Below are positions 1 through 7,695 of a stretch of DNA of 12,587 nucleotides, one piece after another. Under the pieces are notes generated by a model. The model was not told the DNA's origin and did no database searches. It saw only the letters and a list, made by a program, of their open reading frames with translations. The stretch is from contig JANRJA010000114.1 of NCBI GenBank assembly GCA_033764315.1, forward strand, positions 1 to 12,587, read 5' to 3'. Source of the stretch: Oculatellaceae cyanobacterium bins.114 (GTDB taxonomy: Bacteria > Cyanobacteriota > Cyanobacteriia > Elainellales > Elainellaceae). The position numbers were made by a program, and so were the translations under genes. The number at the start of each line of letters is the position of its first letter. Positions within the stretch are counted from its first letter, which is position 1.

Positions 1-248
1 AGAGGTTTTCCCGATTGCTTCACTTCAGGTCGGCTTTGAGCAATTAACCCGCAAGATGAATACGTTTATTTGTCCACTCGTACATGAGTTAAACCTGCAA
101 CTCATCTTTTCATCTGCTTAGAGTGACCAAAGAGGGATAAAACAACCTGTGTTATAAGGTTTTGCTCCCTCTCAATTTGCTACTTTGTCCTCACCCTCAT
201 CTCTGCCTTTAACAGAGAGCTAGACGACAGCGACTGAAGAATTAGTTA

Positions 249-363
249 TACCGTCTTTTATGTGAAGATGCGTCTTATTGAACCCCCGGCTGTCGCCGTC
301 CTCCTTGGCAAGGGGGACTACAGGGGGTAATTAGATTTAGCGCATTCTCACATTTGATTGGTA
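249..363. mobile_element. Putative MITE (115 bp) with imperfect TIRs, flanking TTA duplication and internal GC-rich hairpin
   Basis: Left end TACCgtcttttATGTGAagATGCG versus reverse complement of the right end TACCaatcaaATGTGAgaATGCG. TTA lies on both sides (246-248 and 364-366). The internal stem gtcctcctt/aagggggac (298-318) is extended by acccc..ctgt/acagggggt. Confidence 0.6.
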
Positions 364-365
364 TT

Positions 366-429
366 AGGGCAGGGTGCAGGGGCTTTGCCTCCAGACGCCC
401 TTCTATCCAACATCTCGACGGTTGCTATA
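366..429. repeat. Degenerate GC-rich dispersed repeat ending in a TTGCTATA terminus (possible older element interrupted by the 249-363 insertion)
   Basis: AGGGcaGGGTGCA...GCCTCCAGACGCCCTT resembles the reverse complement of 6757-6810. The end at 422-429 (TTGCTATA) is identical to the last 8 nt of the 6820-6911 element. Confidence 0.4.
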
Positions 430-505
430 GCAGTTCTTTTCTAACAGACCTGTTGGGTGAGGACATTTCTAAGAGCACCTCATACTGCATGGTTACAAAC
501 ACACT

Positions 506-1222
506 ATGGGTTGGTTCCGTCGCAAACGATTTTGGTTGCTCGTGTTGAGCGTTGCTCTGCTAATAGGACTAGGCAGTACTCTACCTCTAGAGCAATTGCT
601 TTTGTCTATTAAAAACTGGCTTGCCCCGCTTGACCTTTTAGCTATTCCGGTCTTTATCCTGCTTTATCTGATTGCTACTGTTTTAGGGTTGCCCAATATC
701 CTGCTGATTTTTGTTGCAGGTACCCTCTTTGGTTTACTCAACGGCATTGTTGCAGTGTCTATCGCTGATACACTGGGGGCGATCGCCTGCTTTTGGGTAG
801 GGCGAACCATTGCTCGCCAACGCATTAAGAAGTGGCTCAGCAGCCACCCTAACTTTGCACAGCTCGATCAAGCGGTGGGCAAACAGGGTTGGAAGATTTT
901 GCTGTTGACTCGCCTATCTCCACTCGTTCCTTCCAACGTCCTCAACTATGGGTTTAGCTGCACTAGAGTCAATTTTTGGCAATATTGCTTTTTCTCCTGG
1001 TTGGGTATGCTGCCTGTTATTGCGCTCTATGTCTATTTAGGGTCTTTTGGGATCTCAATCTTAAAGACTGGAGTCACACCCGAAAAAATCGCAATCCAAT
1101 CTGTTGGGCTGCTTTTAGCAATCGGGGCGGCTATTTACACAACTCGTTTAACCCGTAAAGCCCTAATGCCAGAGTGTCCAACGGAGCCATCTGAGACCGT
1201 TGAGCCTCAGTCAGCGGAGTAA
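506..1222 (+). CDS. TVP38/TMEM64 family (DedA/SNARE-associated, VTT domain) inner-membrane protein
   Basis: 238-aa ORF with several hydrophobic helices. It carries the family-typical segments 'AGTLFGLLNG...ADTLGAIACFWVGR' and 'ILLLTRLSPLVPSNVLNYGFSCT...FFSWLGMLP'. Confidence 0.9.
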   Translation: MGWFRRKRFWLLVLSVALLIGLGSTLPLEQLLLSIKNWLAPLDLLAIPVFILLYLIATVLGLPNILLIFVAGTLFGLLNGIVAVSIADTLGAIACFWVGRTIARQRIKKWLSSHPNFAQLDQAVGKQGWKILLLTRLSPLVPSNVLNYGFSCTRVNFWQYCFFSWLGMLPVIALYVYLGSFGISILKTGVTPEKIAIQSVGLLLAIGAAIYTTRLTRKALMPECPTEPSETVEPQSAE

Positions 1223-1255
1223 AAGCAATCTAACAATCTCGATTTTGATAGTGTT

Positions 1256-1990
1256 TTATCCCTCTGGATCTAGCGAAACCGCCATCTCATTGACTGTAAT
1301 ATCAAGACTTTGAAAATTGGGGTCTGTCGATGAGAAGAGCTTATCGCCAACAACCGCTTGATAGTTGCTGGGCGATTTTTCTGAAGCATCATCAGCGGGT
1401 TGGAGCCTTAAAACCAGCAAGCCATCATAGGCAGCAAGTTGGGTTCCTTCTAGCATGACTGTGCCGCCATAGTCCCAATCAAACCCATAGAGTTGAAACT
1501 CACCCAACTTTTCCTGAAGTTCTGCAAATGGCATGCCAACCCCAATTCCTTCAGGGGTTTTCCAGGCAGAGCCGAGGTTAATTACAGCCGCTAGTTTGTT
1601 GCGTGTGTCATCTGTCCAGATCACGGTCAGCGATCGCTCAGAGTCAGGATAGACAATCGTTCCTATCTCAGACTCCCCTTCACCGATGTCAATCGTTTCA
1701 TCCTTCAGGTTGTCTTCGCCAAACAGTTCTACCAAATCATCCCGCGTCGTATCACGGGTGATCGGGCCCACTCGCTCACCTGGCACCACCGTTGTATCGC
1801 CCTCTGCCTCTGTTTCAGCAGCCGCAGGCGCATTTGCTGTGGCTGTTTCTGGGGCTGATGCTTCTGGAGCCGGAGTGGGTGCTGTCTCAGCAGGAGCGTT
1901 AGAAACTGGGGTTTCAGATGACGGGTTAGATGCACAACTCACAATTAACATGAGTGCAGCGATAAACATCCCCCGGATGGGCTTAAGCAT
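1256..1990 (-). CDS. Putative lipoprotein, hypothetical
   Basis: 244-aa ORF. A basic N-terminus and hydrophobic stretch lead to the lipobox-like 'LIVS-C' (Cys19). A Pro/Ala/Glu/Thr-rich linker follows, then an acidic globular region (VVPGERVGPI...WKTPEGIGVG...YGFDWDYGG). Confidence 0.75.
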   Translation of the reverse strand: MLKPIRGMFIAALMLIVSCASNPSSETPVSNAPAETAPTPAPEASAPETATANAPAAAETEAEGDTTVVPGERVGPITRDTTRDDLVELFGEDNLKDETIDIGEGESEIGTIVYPDSERSLTVIWTDDTRNKLAAVINLGSAWKTPEGIGVGMPFAELQEKLGEFQLYGFDWDYGGTVMLEGTQLAAYDGLLVLRLQPADDASEKSPSNYQAVVGDKLFSSTDPNFQSLDITVNEMAVSLDPEG

Positions 1991-2176
1991 TTGAGTTCCT
2001 TCTATAAATTTTGATCGCTAAGGTGTATCTTAAACCTCTCTGATATCTAAACTCAGCCGCCTATAAAGAGCAAGGCATGCAGGATAGATATAGCAGGGTG
2101 TAACCAAGCTATTTCCGGCTTCAGCAAGTTCATAAAACCTGACTGAATTCAACGGAGGTATAAGCTATTGTGTCAA

Positions 2177-2206
2177 ACCAAACTAAACCCCAGGGTTGAG
2201 TTTGGT
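2177..2206. other. 30-bp near-perfect inverted repeat downstream of cyaC (terminator, RNA stem or operator)
   Basis: ACCAAACTAAACCC-ca-GGGTTGAGTTTGGT, arms 13/14 complementary. Confidence 0.45.
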
Positions 2207-2383
2207 CAGTCACTCAAGTTATACACAAACCAATCCATTTAACGATTTGCAAGGTATACCTTCTACAGTAGAGGCAAAGATCGCCAATCATGCCAATTTC
2301 AAGAATCGTTTAATGCAACTCAAGCAGAGCACAGAGCGCAAAAGGTCAGAGGAATAAAGAAACCTTCCAAAGGGATGATTCCT

Positions 2384-5300
2384 CTATTCGGTGTGAATCG
2401 AGAAGGTCAAAACCGTCTCATCTATCCCTTTAAGCACCAACGGCTCAAACTTTGTAATGGTGTCTTGATCGAGATAGTCTGCTACCGCAGCCGATACAAG
2501 AATGCAATTGGGTTCAGCCGCTTCTTGAATCCGAGCGGCAATGTTGACACTAGGCCCGATCGCCGTATAGTCTGCCCGCTCTGCTCCCCCAAACATGCCG
2601 ACTACTGCCGTTCCCTGGTGAATGCCACAGCGGAATTGCACTTTATTGGTTTCTTGAATAATGCCTTGAGAAATCCATCGGTCGTTGAGTTTGTCAAGCG
2701 AACGATACATTTTACGAGCAGCGGCGATCGCCCTGCGAACCTGCTCATTGGGGCTGATTTGCTCAGGTGCTCCAAAAATCGCCAGGATTGCATCGCCCAT
2801 AAACTTATCAACCGTGCCCCCATACTCAAAAATGGCATGGGTCATCTCAGTCAGATATTCGTTGAGTAACTCAGCAACTCGGCGCGATCGCAGCGTATTC
2901 GACAATTGAGTGAATCCGATGATGTCACTAAACAAAATCGTCACCATATGGGGCTCAGGGCGCAGATCGAGTGGTAGCATTCCCTGAGCGGCTTTTGCGA
3001 CTAACTGCGGCGGCAAAAAGCGACGTAATACCGACTCGGTGAGATATTGATTCAGTTGGGCAACACGACGTTCACTTTCTTTGAGAGCCAACAGGTTTCG
3101 CACTTCCGCCAACAATTCGCGATCGCTAAAGGGTTTTGACAAATAGGCATGCGTTCCCTGCTCTCTCAACCAAATGCGAGTCTCCTCATCCGCCTTGGCA
3201 GTCAACAAAATTACAGGTGTGCCGCTTAATAATTCATCTTGCTGAATCATTTGCAGCATTTCTGCACCAGACACCAGAGGCATCATCAAATCGGTAATGA
3301 TGAGATTGGGGTGACGAGCCTGAGCCACTTGAAAGCCCTCTGCCCCATTTCGAGCCGTCCAAACATGATATCCGGCTCCCTGAAGAATTCTAGAAACATA
3401 GCTCCGCAAGTCAGGATTGTCATCGACAAATAAAATTTGATATTGCGGCTGATCCTGAGCTTGCATCAGCGTTGCAATGGAATCAGGAACCCCATGAGTT
3501 AGCAATTGTTCTTGCTCTTCAGGTAATGGAGTGTCATAAATAGGTAGCTCAAAGTCTTGTTGAGCCTCAACCTCTGCATCAGCCAACTCAACTGGTGCTC
3601 GACCCCCTTCTAGCTCAGTAGGAATCTCAATCACCTGATTGGGCGGCAGATGCCCCATGCCCACCTGCAACCACACCGTAAAGGTCGTGCCTTCACCATA
3701 GGTCGAGTCAACATTGACGGTGCCACCATGTAACTCGACCAGTTCTTTTACAAGTGCCAAGCCCAGTCCCGTCCCTTCATGGCTCCGGTTCGTAGAGCCA
3801 TCGGCCTGTTGAAAGCGGTCAAAGATCTGAAGAATTTGATCAGAACGAATGCCAATGCCTGTGTCTTGCACCTTGAGCACACAGTGATCACCAGCAGGCT
3901 GCAACAGCACCGTAATCGTTCCGCCTGCCTGGGTAAATTTCATCGCATTCGACAGCAGGTTATAAAGGACTTTATCAAATTTCTCCAGGTCTAGATAAAC
4001 CGGCGGACAGTCTTCTAACCGGGTGATCAAATTGAGCTGTTTGCGATCGCAGTAGGCTCGAAATGAATCCACCACCTGAATCACAAAATCCATTAAGTTA
4101 CAGGGGCGGAAACTGGGCTGCATCCGTTTTGCGTCAAGCCGCTGCAAATCAAGCAGTTGGTTGACCAATCGCAATAGACGACGCGAATTTCTCAGGGCAA
4201 CTACCGATTGTTCGTAATTTAACCCCTGTTTCTGTGCCACAGCAGACTCTAACGGCCCAATCGTCAGCGTCAACGGGGTGCGAAACTCGTGAGAGACATT
4301 CTGGAAGAATTCAGTTTTTTGTTGATCCAGCTTCATCAACTGCTCGGCTTGCTGGCGGGTCTTCTGATAAAGCCGCGATTGTTGCACCGCGATCGCCGCT
4401 TGGGCTGCCACCGCTTGGGCCAGTTCAATCTCTTCAGCCTGCCACTGACGAGACTGATGAATTTGACGCAGAGAAATGCTACCAATAATTTTGCCATCAG
4501 ACAGCAACGGCACCACCAATAATGCACGGGCGGGCGATCGCAACGGCAAATCAGGCACATTCATCTCAGGATGATGGCTCAAATCATCAATCACCACAGG
4601 GATTTGAGTCATCATCAATTGCTTTAAGACAGGGTTGCCTTCAATCGGCACCAGTGACTGCGGCAACTGCTGTCGCTGTGCAGTGTTCTCATCACTGTTT
4701 CGTCCTACACCCGACAGATCATCCCAGGTCGGCGAATTACCATTACTGGTGTTGCTAGGCAAATGCATCTCATCTTCACCCTGAGAGGCATCATGCAACC
4801 CAACACATTGAACAAACTCATCCCCTTCCGTCCACAACGACAAAGCACAGCCATCAGCATGTAACGCCTGACCTAGCTTTTGGGTGATGGCTGCAAAAAT
4901 ATCCTGGGGATCAAGGCTAGACCGAATTGCCGTTGTAATTGTGTTAACTAGAGCCTCTCGTTTCGCCAGTGCTCTGACTTGCTCATAAGCACGCGCCTGA
5001 GACAGGGCCAGGGCAGCCTGATCTGCCACCATCACCACCAACTGCACTTCATCGTCTTGCCAAATCCGGGGCTGATAGCATTGGTGCATCACTAACACCG
5101 CCATCAACTCCTGTTGACAGATCAGCGGCACAACGAGACTAGAGCAAATCTTTGCTTCTTGATAGGCTTGTCGCCGCAGTTGCACCTCTAGACTGTCGCC
5201 CTGGTTAAATGCATCGGTGTCTACATCAGGAATGACTTGCACATCGCGGGTCTCCCAGATCGTGTGCGCCAACCGGCTCAAATTCCAGCGTTTTTCAGTA

Positions 5301-5935
5301 GACTCCTCATCGGGGTAGTGCTCTTTGACGGTGCGAGAGGTATAAACAAACAACTCATCGCTCATCCGGTTATCTTGCAAAGGCCGCAACAAGCAACAAT
5401 CGACCTCAAACATATGCCCCACCGTTTCCACGATGGTTTGCAAGATCTGTCGATAACTCAGTGCCCCTCGAATCGTGTTAGTAACCGCATTCAGCAACGA
5501 TTCTTGACGCAACGTGCGACGCAGCTCTTGGGTGCGTGCTTTCAACACGTTGTGGGTGTCAACCGCTTGCCGCACAACAGCTTTTAACTCTTCGTCATCC
5601 CACGGTTTTGTGACATATTTGAAAACCTTACCGGAGTTAATGGCTTCGACCAAGTCACCCACATCGGTATAGCCAGTCAGAATAATCCGAATGATGTCTG
5701 GATATTGGGTCGCGGTCAGACTTAAAAACTCCGTCCCGCTCATAGAAGGCATGCGTTGATCAGAAATGATCACAGCAACTTCACCCTCTTTGGCGAGGAT
5801 ATCTAAGGCAACAGGACCACTCTCTGCCCGCAACACCTTAAACTCACGGTGAAATGTGCGATAGAGCAGATCTAAATTGTCTGGCTCGTCATCGACAACC
5901 AGAATTTTAGGCTTCATATCACTCAGGGATGTCAT
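2384..5935 (-). CDS. cyaC: CyaC-type multidomain adenylate cyclase (REC-GAF-GAF-histidine kinase-REC-class III cyclase)
   Basis: Motifs in order: REC1 (KILVVDDEPDN...ISDQRMP), two GAF domains, H-box FFQNVSHEFRTPLT, HATPase boxes NLLSNAMKFT/DTGIGI/GTGLGL, REC2 (LFVDDNPD...ITDLMMP), and cyclase motifs TILFSDIIGFT, VDKFMGDA, YTAIGPSVNIAAR. This is the known cyanobacterial CyaC architecture. The start is placed at the ATG at 5935 (MTSLSDMKPK, 1183 aa) because an AGGAG lies 8 nt upstream and REC1 begins immediately after. Confidence 0.92.
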   Translation of the reverse strand: MTSLSDMKPKILVVDDEPDNLDLLYRTFHREFKVLRAESGPVALDILAKEGEVAVIISDQRMPSMSGTEFLSLTATQYPDIIRIILTGYTDVGDLVEAINSGKVFKYVTKPWDDEELKAVVRQAVDTHNVLKARTQELRRTLRQESLLNAVTNTIRGALSYRQILQTIVETVGHMFEVDCCLLRPLQDNRMSDELFVYTSRTVKEHYPDEESTEKRWNLSRLAHTIWETRDVQVIPDVDTDAFNQGDSLEVQLRRQAYQEAKICSSLVVPLICQQELMAVLVMHQCYQPRIWQDDEVQLVVMVADQAALALSQARAYEQVRALAKREALVNTITTAIRSSLDPQDIFAAITQKLGQALHADGCALSLWTEGDEFVQCVGLHDASQGEDEMHLPSNTSNGNSPTWDDLSGVGRNSDENTAQRQQLPQSLVPIEGNPVLKQLMMTQIPVVIDDLSHHPEMNVPDLPLRSPARALLVVPLLSDGKIIGSISLRQIHQSRQWQAEEIELAQAVAAQAAIAVQQSRLYQKTRQQAEQLMKLDQQKTEFFQNVSHEFRTPLTLTIGPLESAVAQKQGLNYEQSVVALRNSRRLLRLVNQLLDLQRLDAKRMQPSFRPCNLMDFVIQVVDSFRAYCDRKQLNLITRLEDCPPVYLDLEKFDKVLYNLLSNAMKFTQAGGTITVLLQPAGDHCVLKVQDTGIGIRSDQILQIFDRFQQADGSTNRSHEGTGLGLALVKELVELHGGTVNVDSTYGEGTTFTVWLQVGMGHLPPNQVIEIPTELEGGRAPVELADAEVEAQQDFELPIYDTPLPEEQEQLLTHGVPDSIATLMQAQDQPQYQILFVDDNPDLRSYVSRILQGAGYHVWTARNGAEGFQVAQARHPNLIITDLMMPLVSGAEMLQMIQQDELLSGTPVILLTAKADEETRIWLREQGTHAYLSKPFSDRELLAEVRNLLALKESERRVAQLNQYLTESVLRRFLPPQLVAKAAQGMLPLDLRPEPHMVTILFSDIIGFTQLSNTLRSRRVAELLNEYLTEMTHAIFEYGGTVDKFMGDAILAIFGAPEQISPNEQVRRAIAAARKMYRSLDKLNDRWISQGIIQETNKVQFRCGIHQGTAVVGMFGGAERADYTAIGPSVNIAARIQEAAEPNCILVSAAVADYLDQDTITKFEPLVLKGIDETVLTFSIHTE

Positions 5936-5943
5936 GCACCGCT

Positions 5944-5948
5944 CTCCT
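5944..5948 (-). promoter_or_regulatory. Shine-Dalgarno (AGGAG) for cyaC
   Basis: The minus strand reads tcAGGAGagcggtgcATG, with the ATG at 5935-5933 in frame with the long ORF. Confidence 0.65.
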
Positions 5949-6412
5949 GATGCGGGGGCAGCTTGATGAAACACGATTGTGCGGTTGAGCCTGGACTTGA
6001 CTACAAAGTATGGAACCCATTTGACTCGTTCTGATTGAACACCCTGTCTGACCTCTGTTTTATCTCTAATTTGAGACAATCTACCAATCTAAAACAGAAT
6101 GAGAGTCTACCCGCAATGCACCCCAATTTAAGAATGACTCGAATTCAAGCTTGAGCGTTAACCAGTAATCTCTCTATTTAATCGATAGTTGCTATAGAGT
6201 AGTGCACTGTCTGGATGCCTTTCACTTTCCATAATAGGTGTAAGATTCACCTTTGTTGCATTGTGCATTAGTTCTGGCAACAGAATATGTGATAAAAATT
6301 GCCAAACTTAGATTCTAGAGACGCTATTTCTAATTAACAGTTTCTGAAATAAGCATGATTACTCAATTTGAAGACATTACGTAGGTTTACCGCTATGCAG
6401 ACTGGCAAACCA

Positions 6413-6445
6413 GTTTGAAGTATAGAGTTGGTCTGAAGTATAGAG
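6413..6445. repeat. Direct repeat with 18-bp period
   Basis: GTTTGAAGTATAGAG (6413-6427) and GTCTGAAGTATAGAG (6431-6445), 14/15 identical. Confidence 0.7.
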
Positions 6446-6668
6446 AGCCAAGACGAGGACATAAACCAAGTAGGTATTAGTCAATATAGATCAATCAACT
6501 CAAAGATGTCGAAACTAATAATTTTGTAGTTTTGTAAGATTGCCCTCTTAAACCAGCTTGATCTAGCCCTGAAGCTTATTTTACTCAGCAGAAACCAAAG
6601 TTTAACCTCAAGCTCCGTAGACCATACCTTACTAGGGTAGAGGTTTCACATTGACGATAGAACTGGAC

Positions 6669-6686
6669 GATATAAAGCTTTATATC
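6669..6686. promoter_or_regulatory. Perfect 18-bp palindrome, possible transcription-factor operator
   Basis: GATATAAAGCTTTATATC equals its own reverse complement and lies in the divergent cyaC/GNAT intergenic region. Function is inferred only. Confidence 0.4.
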
Positions 6687-6756
6687 AAGGCATCACAGTG
6701 GTATATCGAATTCCCCCTTGATAGGAGTAGCCACACAACTCATAACCCTCGCTTGA

Positions 6757-6813
6757 AAGGGAGTGTGGGGCGTTGTTCCCCGCCAGGGGTGCCATCTTGC
6801 ACCCAACCCTAAC
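6757..6813. repeat. Degenerate GC-rich dispersed (REP-like) repeat
   Basis: The reverse complement reads GTTAGGGttGGGTGCAagatggcacccctggcggggaacaacGCCCCACACTCCCTT. It shares both ends with 364-402 and forms two short adjacent hairpins. Confidence 0.45.
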
Positions 6814-6819
6814 CCAATA

Positions 6820-6911
6820 TATAGCAGTCCTAAATCATTGTGAGATTGAGGAGTTATAAGGAGCTCATCCCGACGGGGTGTGCTTCTTATCGCCCATTTG
6901 GGATTGCTATA
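6820..6911. mobile_element. Putative MITE (92 bp) with 16-bp TIRs and internal hairpin
   Basis: TATAGCAGTCCTAAAT (6820-6835) versus reverse complement of 6896-6911, TATAGCAATCCCAAAT: 14/16. The outermost TA on each side may be a target duplication. Internal hairpin ataaggagctcatccc-gac-ggggtgtgcttcttat (6856-6890). Confidence 0.7.
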
Positions 6912-7036
6912 CCTTAGAAATACATCAGTAGGTTCAGACTCTCAGGACTAGAATAGAGGTCATTCCTCCAGGTAATCGGGTTTCTGCCCTTGCGTTAGAA
7001 AGTTATTGAGACTTATGCATTTTTATTGGAGAGGCT

Positions 7037-7639
7037 GTGAATAGCGTCTGTGAAAATTCTCCGTTTTTGATTCGGGGAGCACGCCAACAAGATCTCGGAA
7101 CCTTAGCCGAAGTTTTAACCCACAGTTTTCACACTAAAGATGGGGTCCTGGGCTTGATGTATCCGTTGCTGCGCCTTGGCATCTATGAAGATTTACGAAC
7201 TCGTCTGCGGACTCAGGCCCCTCACTATGCCTGCATTGTTGCGGTCAAGCGATCGCCCCTCACAGAGTCATTGGTGAAGATAAACAATCCAGCCGTTGCG
7301 GCTATCACCGAAGCGTTGGCAGGCACCGTCGAAATTGGTTTGCGGGCTCAATCACCCTGGCAGGTTCGCAGCCAGCAATATCTTTATCTCTCTAATCTGG
7401 CAGTCGGCACAGACTATCGACGGCAAGGAGTGGCATTGCAACTCTTAAAAGCCTGCGAAGGGATCGCGCTGAAATGGGGGTACAAAGATTTATATTTGCA
7501 TGTGTTGGAGAATAACCAACCCGCTCGGCAACTCTATCTCAAAGCCGGATATCAAGTGCACCGTGAAGAGTCTGGACTGGGCACCTGGTTTTTAGGTCAA
7601 CCCAGACAGTTGCTGCTGCGCAAACAGTTGGGAGGGTAG
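7037..7639 (+). CDS. GNAT family N-acetyltransferase
   Basis: 200-aa ORF with a GTG start preceded by GGAGAGG (7028-7034). It has the acetyl-CoA motif A 'YLSNLAVGTDYRRQGVALQLL' and motif B 'LYLHVLENNQPARQLYLKAGY'. Confidence 0.9.
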   Translation: MNSVCENSPFLIRGARQQDLGTLAEVLTHSFHTKDGVLGLMYPLLRLGIYEDLRTRLRTQAPHYACIVAVKRSPLTESLVKINNPAVAAITEALAGTVEIGLRAQSPWQVRSQQYLYLSNLAVGTDYRRQGVALQLLKACEGIALKWGYKDLYLHVLENNQPARQLYLKAGYQVHREESGLGTWFLGQPRQLLLRKQLGG

Positions 7640-7695
7640 GAGTTCACTCAGGACTTAGCACCATTGATCAGCACTATTAACTCGCGATGAGCCTA

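Noticed and set aside
84..172. Two small hairpins (84-105 ATGAGTT/AACTCAT followed by CTTTT; 131-172 AGAGGGA/TCCCTCT)
   Set aside because: The stems are short and the upstream gene lies outside the window, so a terminator call cannot be supported.
354..548. 64-aa ORF upstream of the TVP38 gene
   Set aside because: It has a TTG start inside the putative MITE end, runs through repeat remnants and overlaps the real start.
4380..5500. CyaC GAF domains as bilin-binding photosensors
   Set aside because: Neither the cyanobacteriochrome DxCF/CH motifs nor the phytochrome DIP/CH motifs are visible.
2375..5587. Multiple short ORFs overlapping cyaC on either strand
   Set aside because: They are nested in a well-supported gene and have no motifs or RBS evidence. 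The same applies to the short ORFs inside the TVP38, lipoprotein, ATPase and DUF3352-like genes.
6651..6676. Sigma70 promoter TTGACG...TATAAA
   Set aside because: The spacer is only 14 bp.
6413..6911. CRISPR array from the intergenic repeats
   Set aside because: There is no series of equal repeats with unique spacers and no cas genes in the window.
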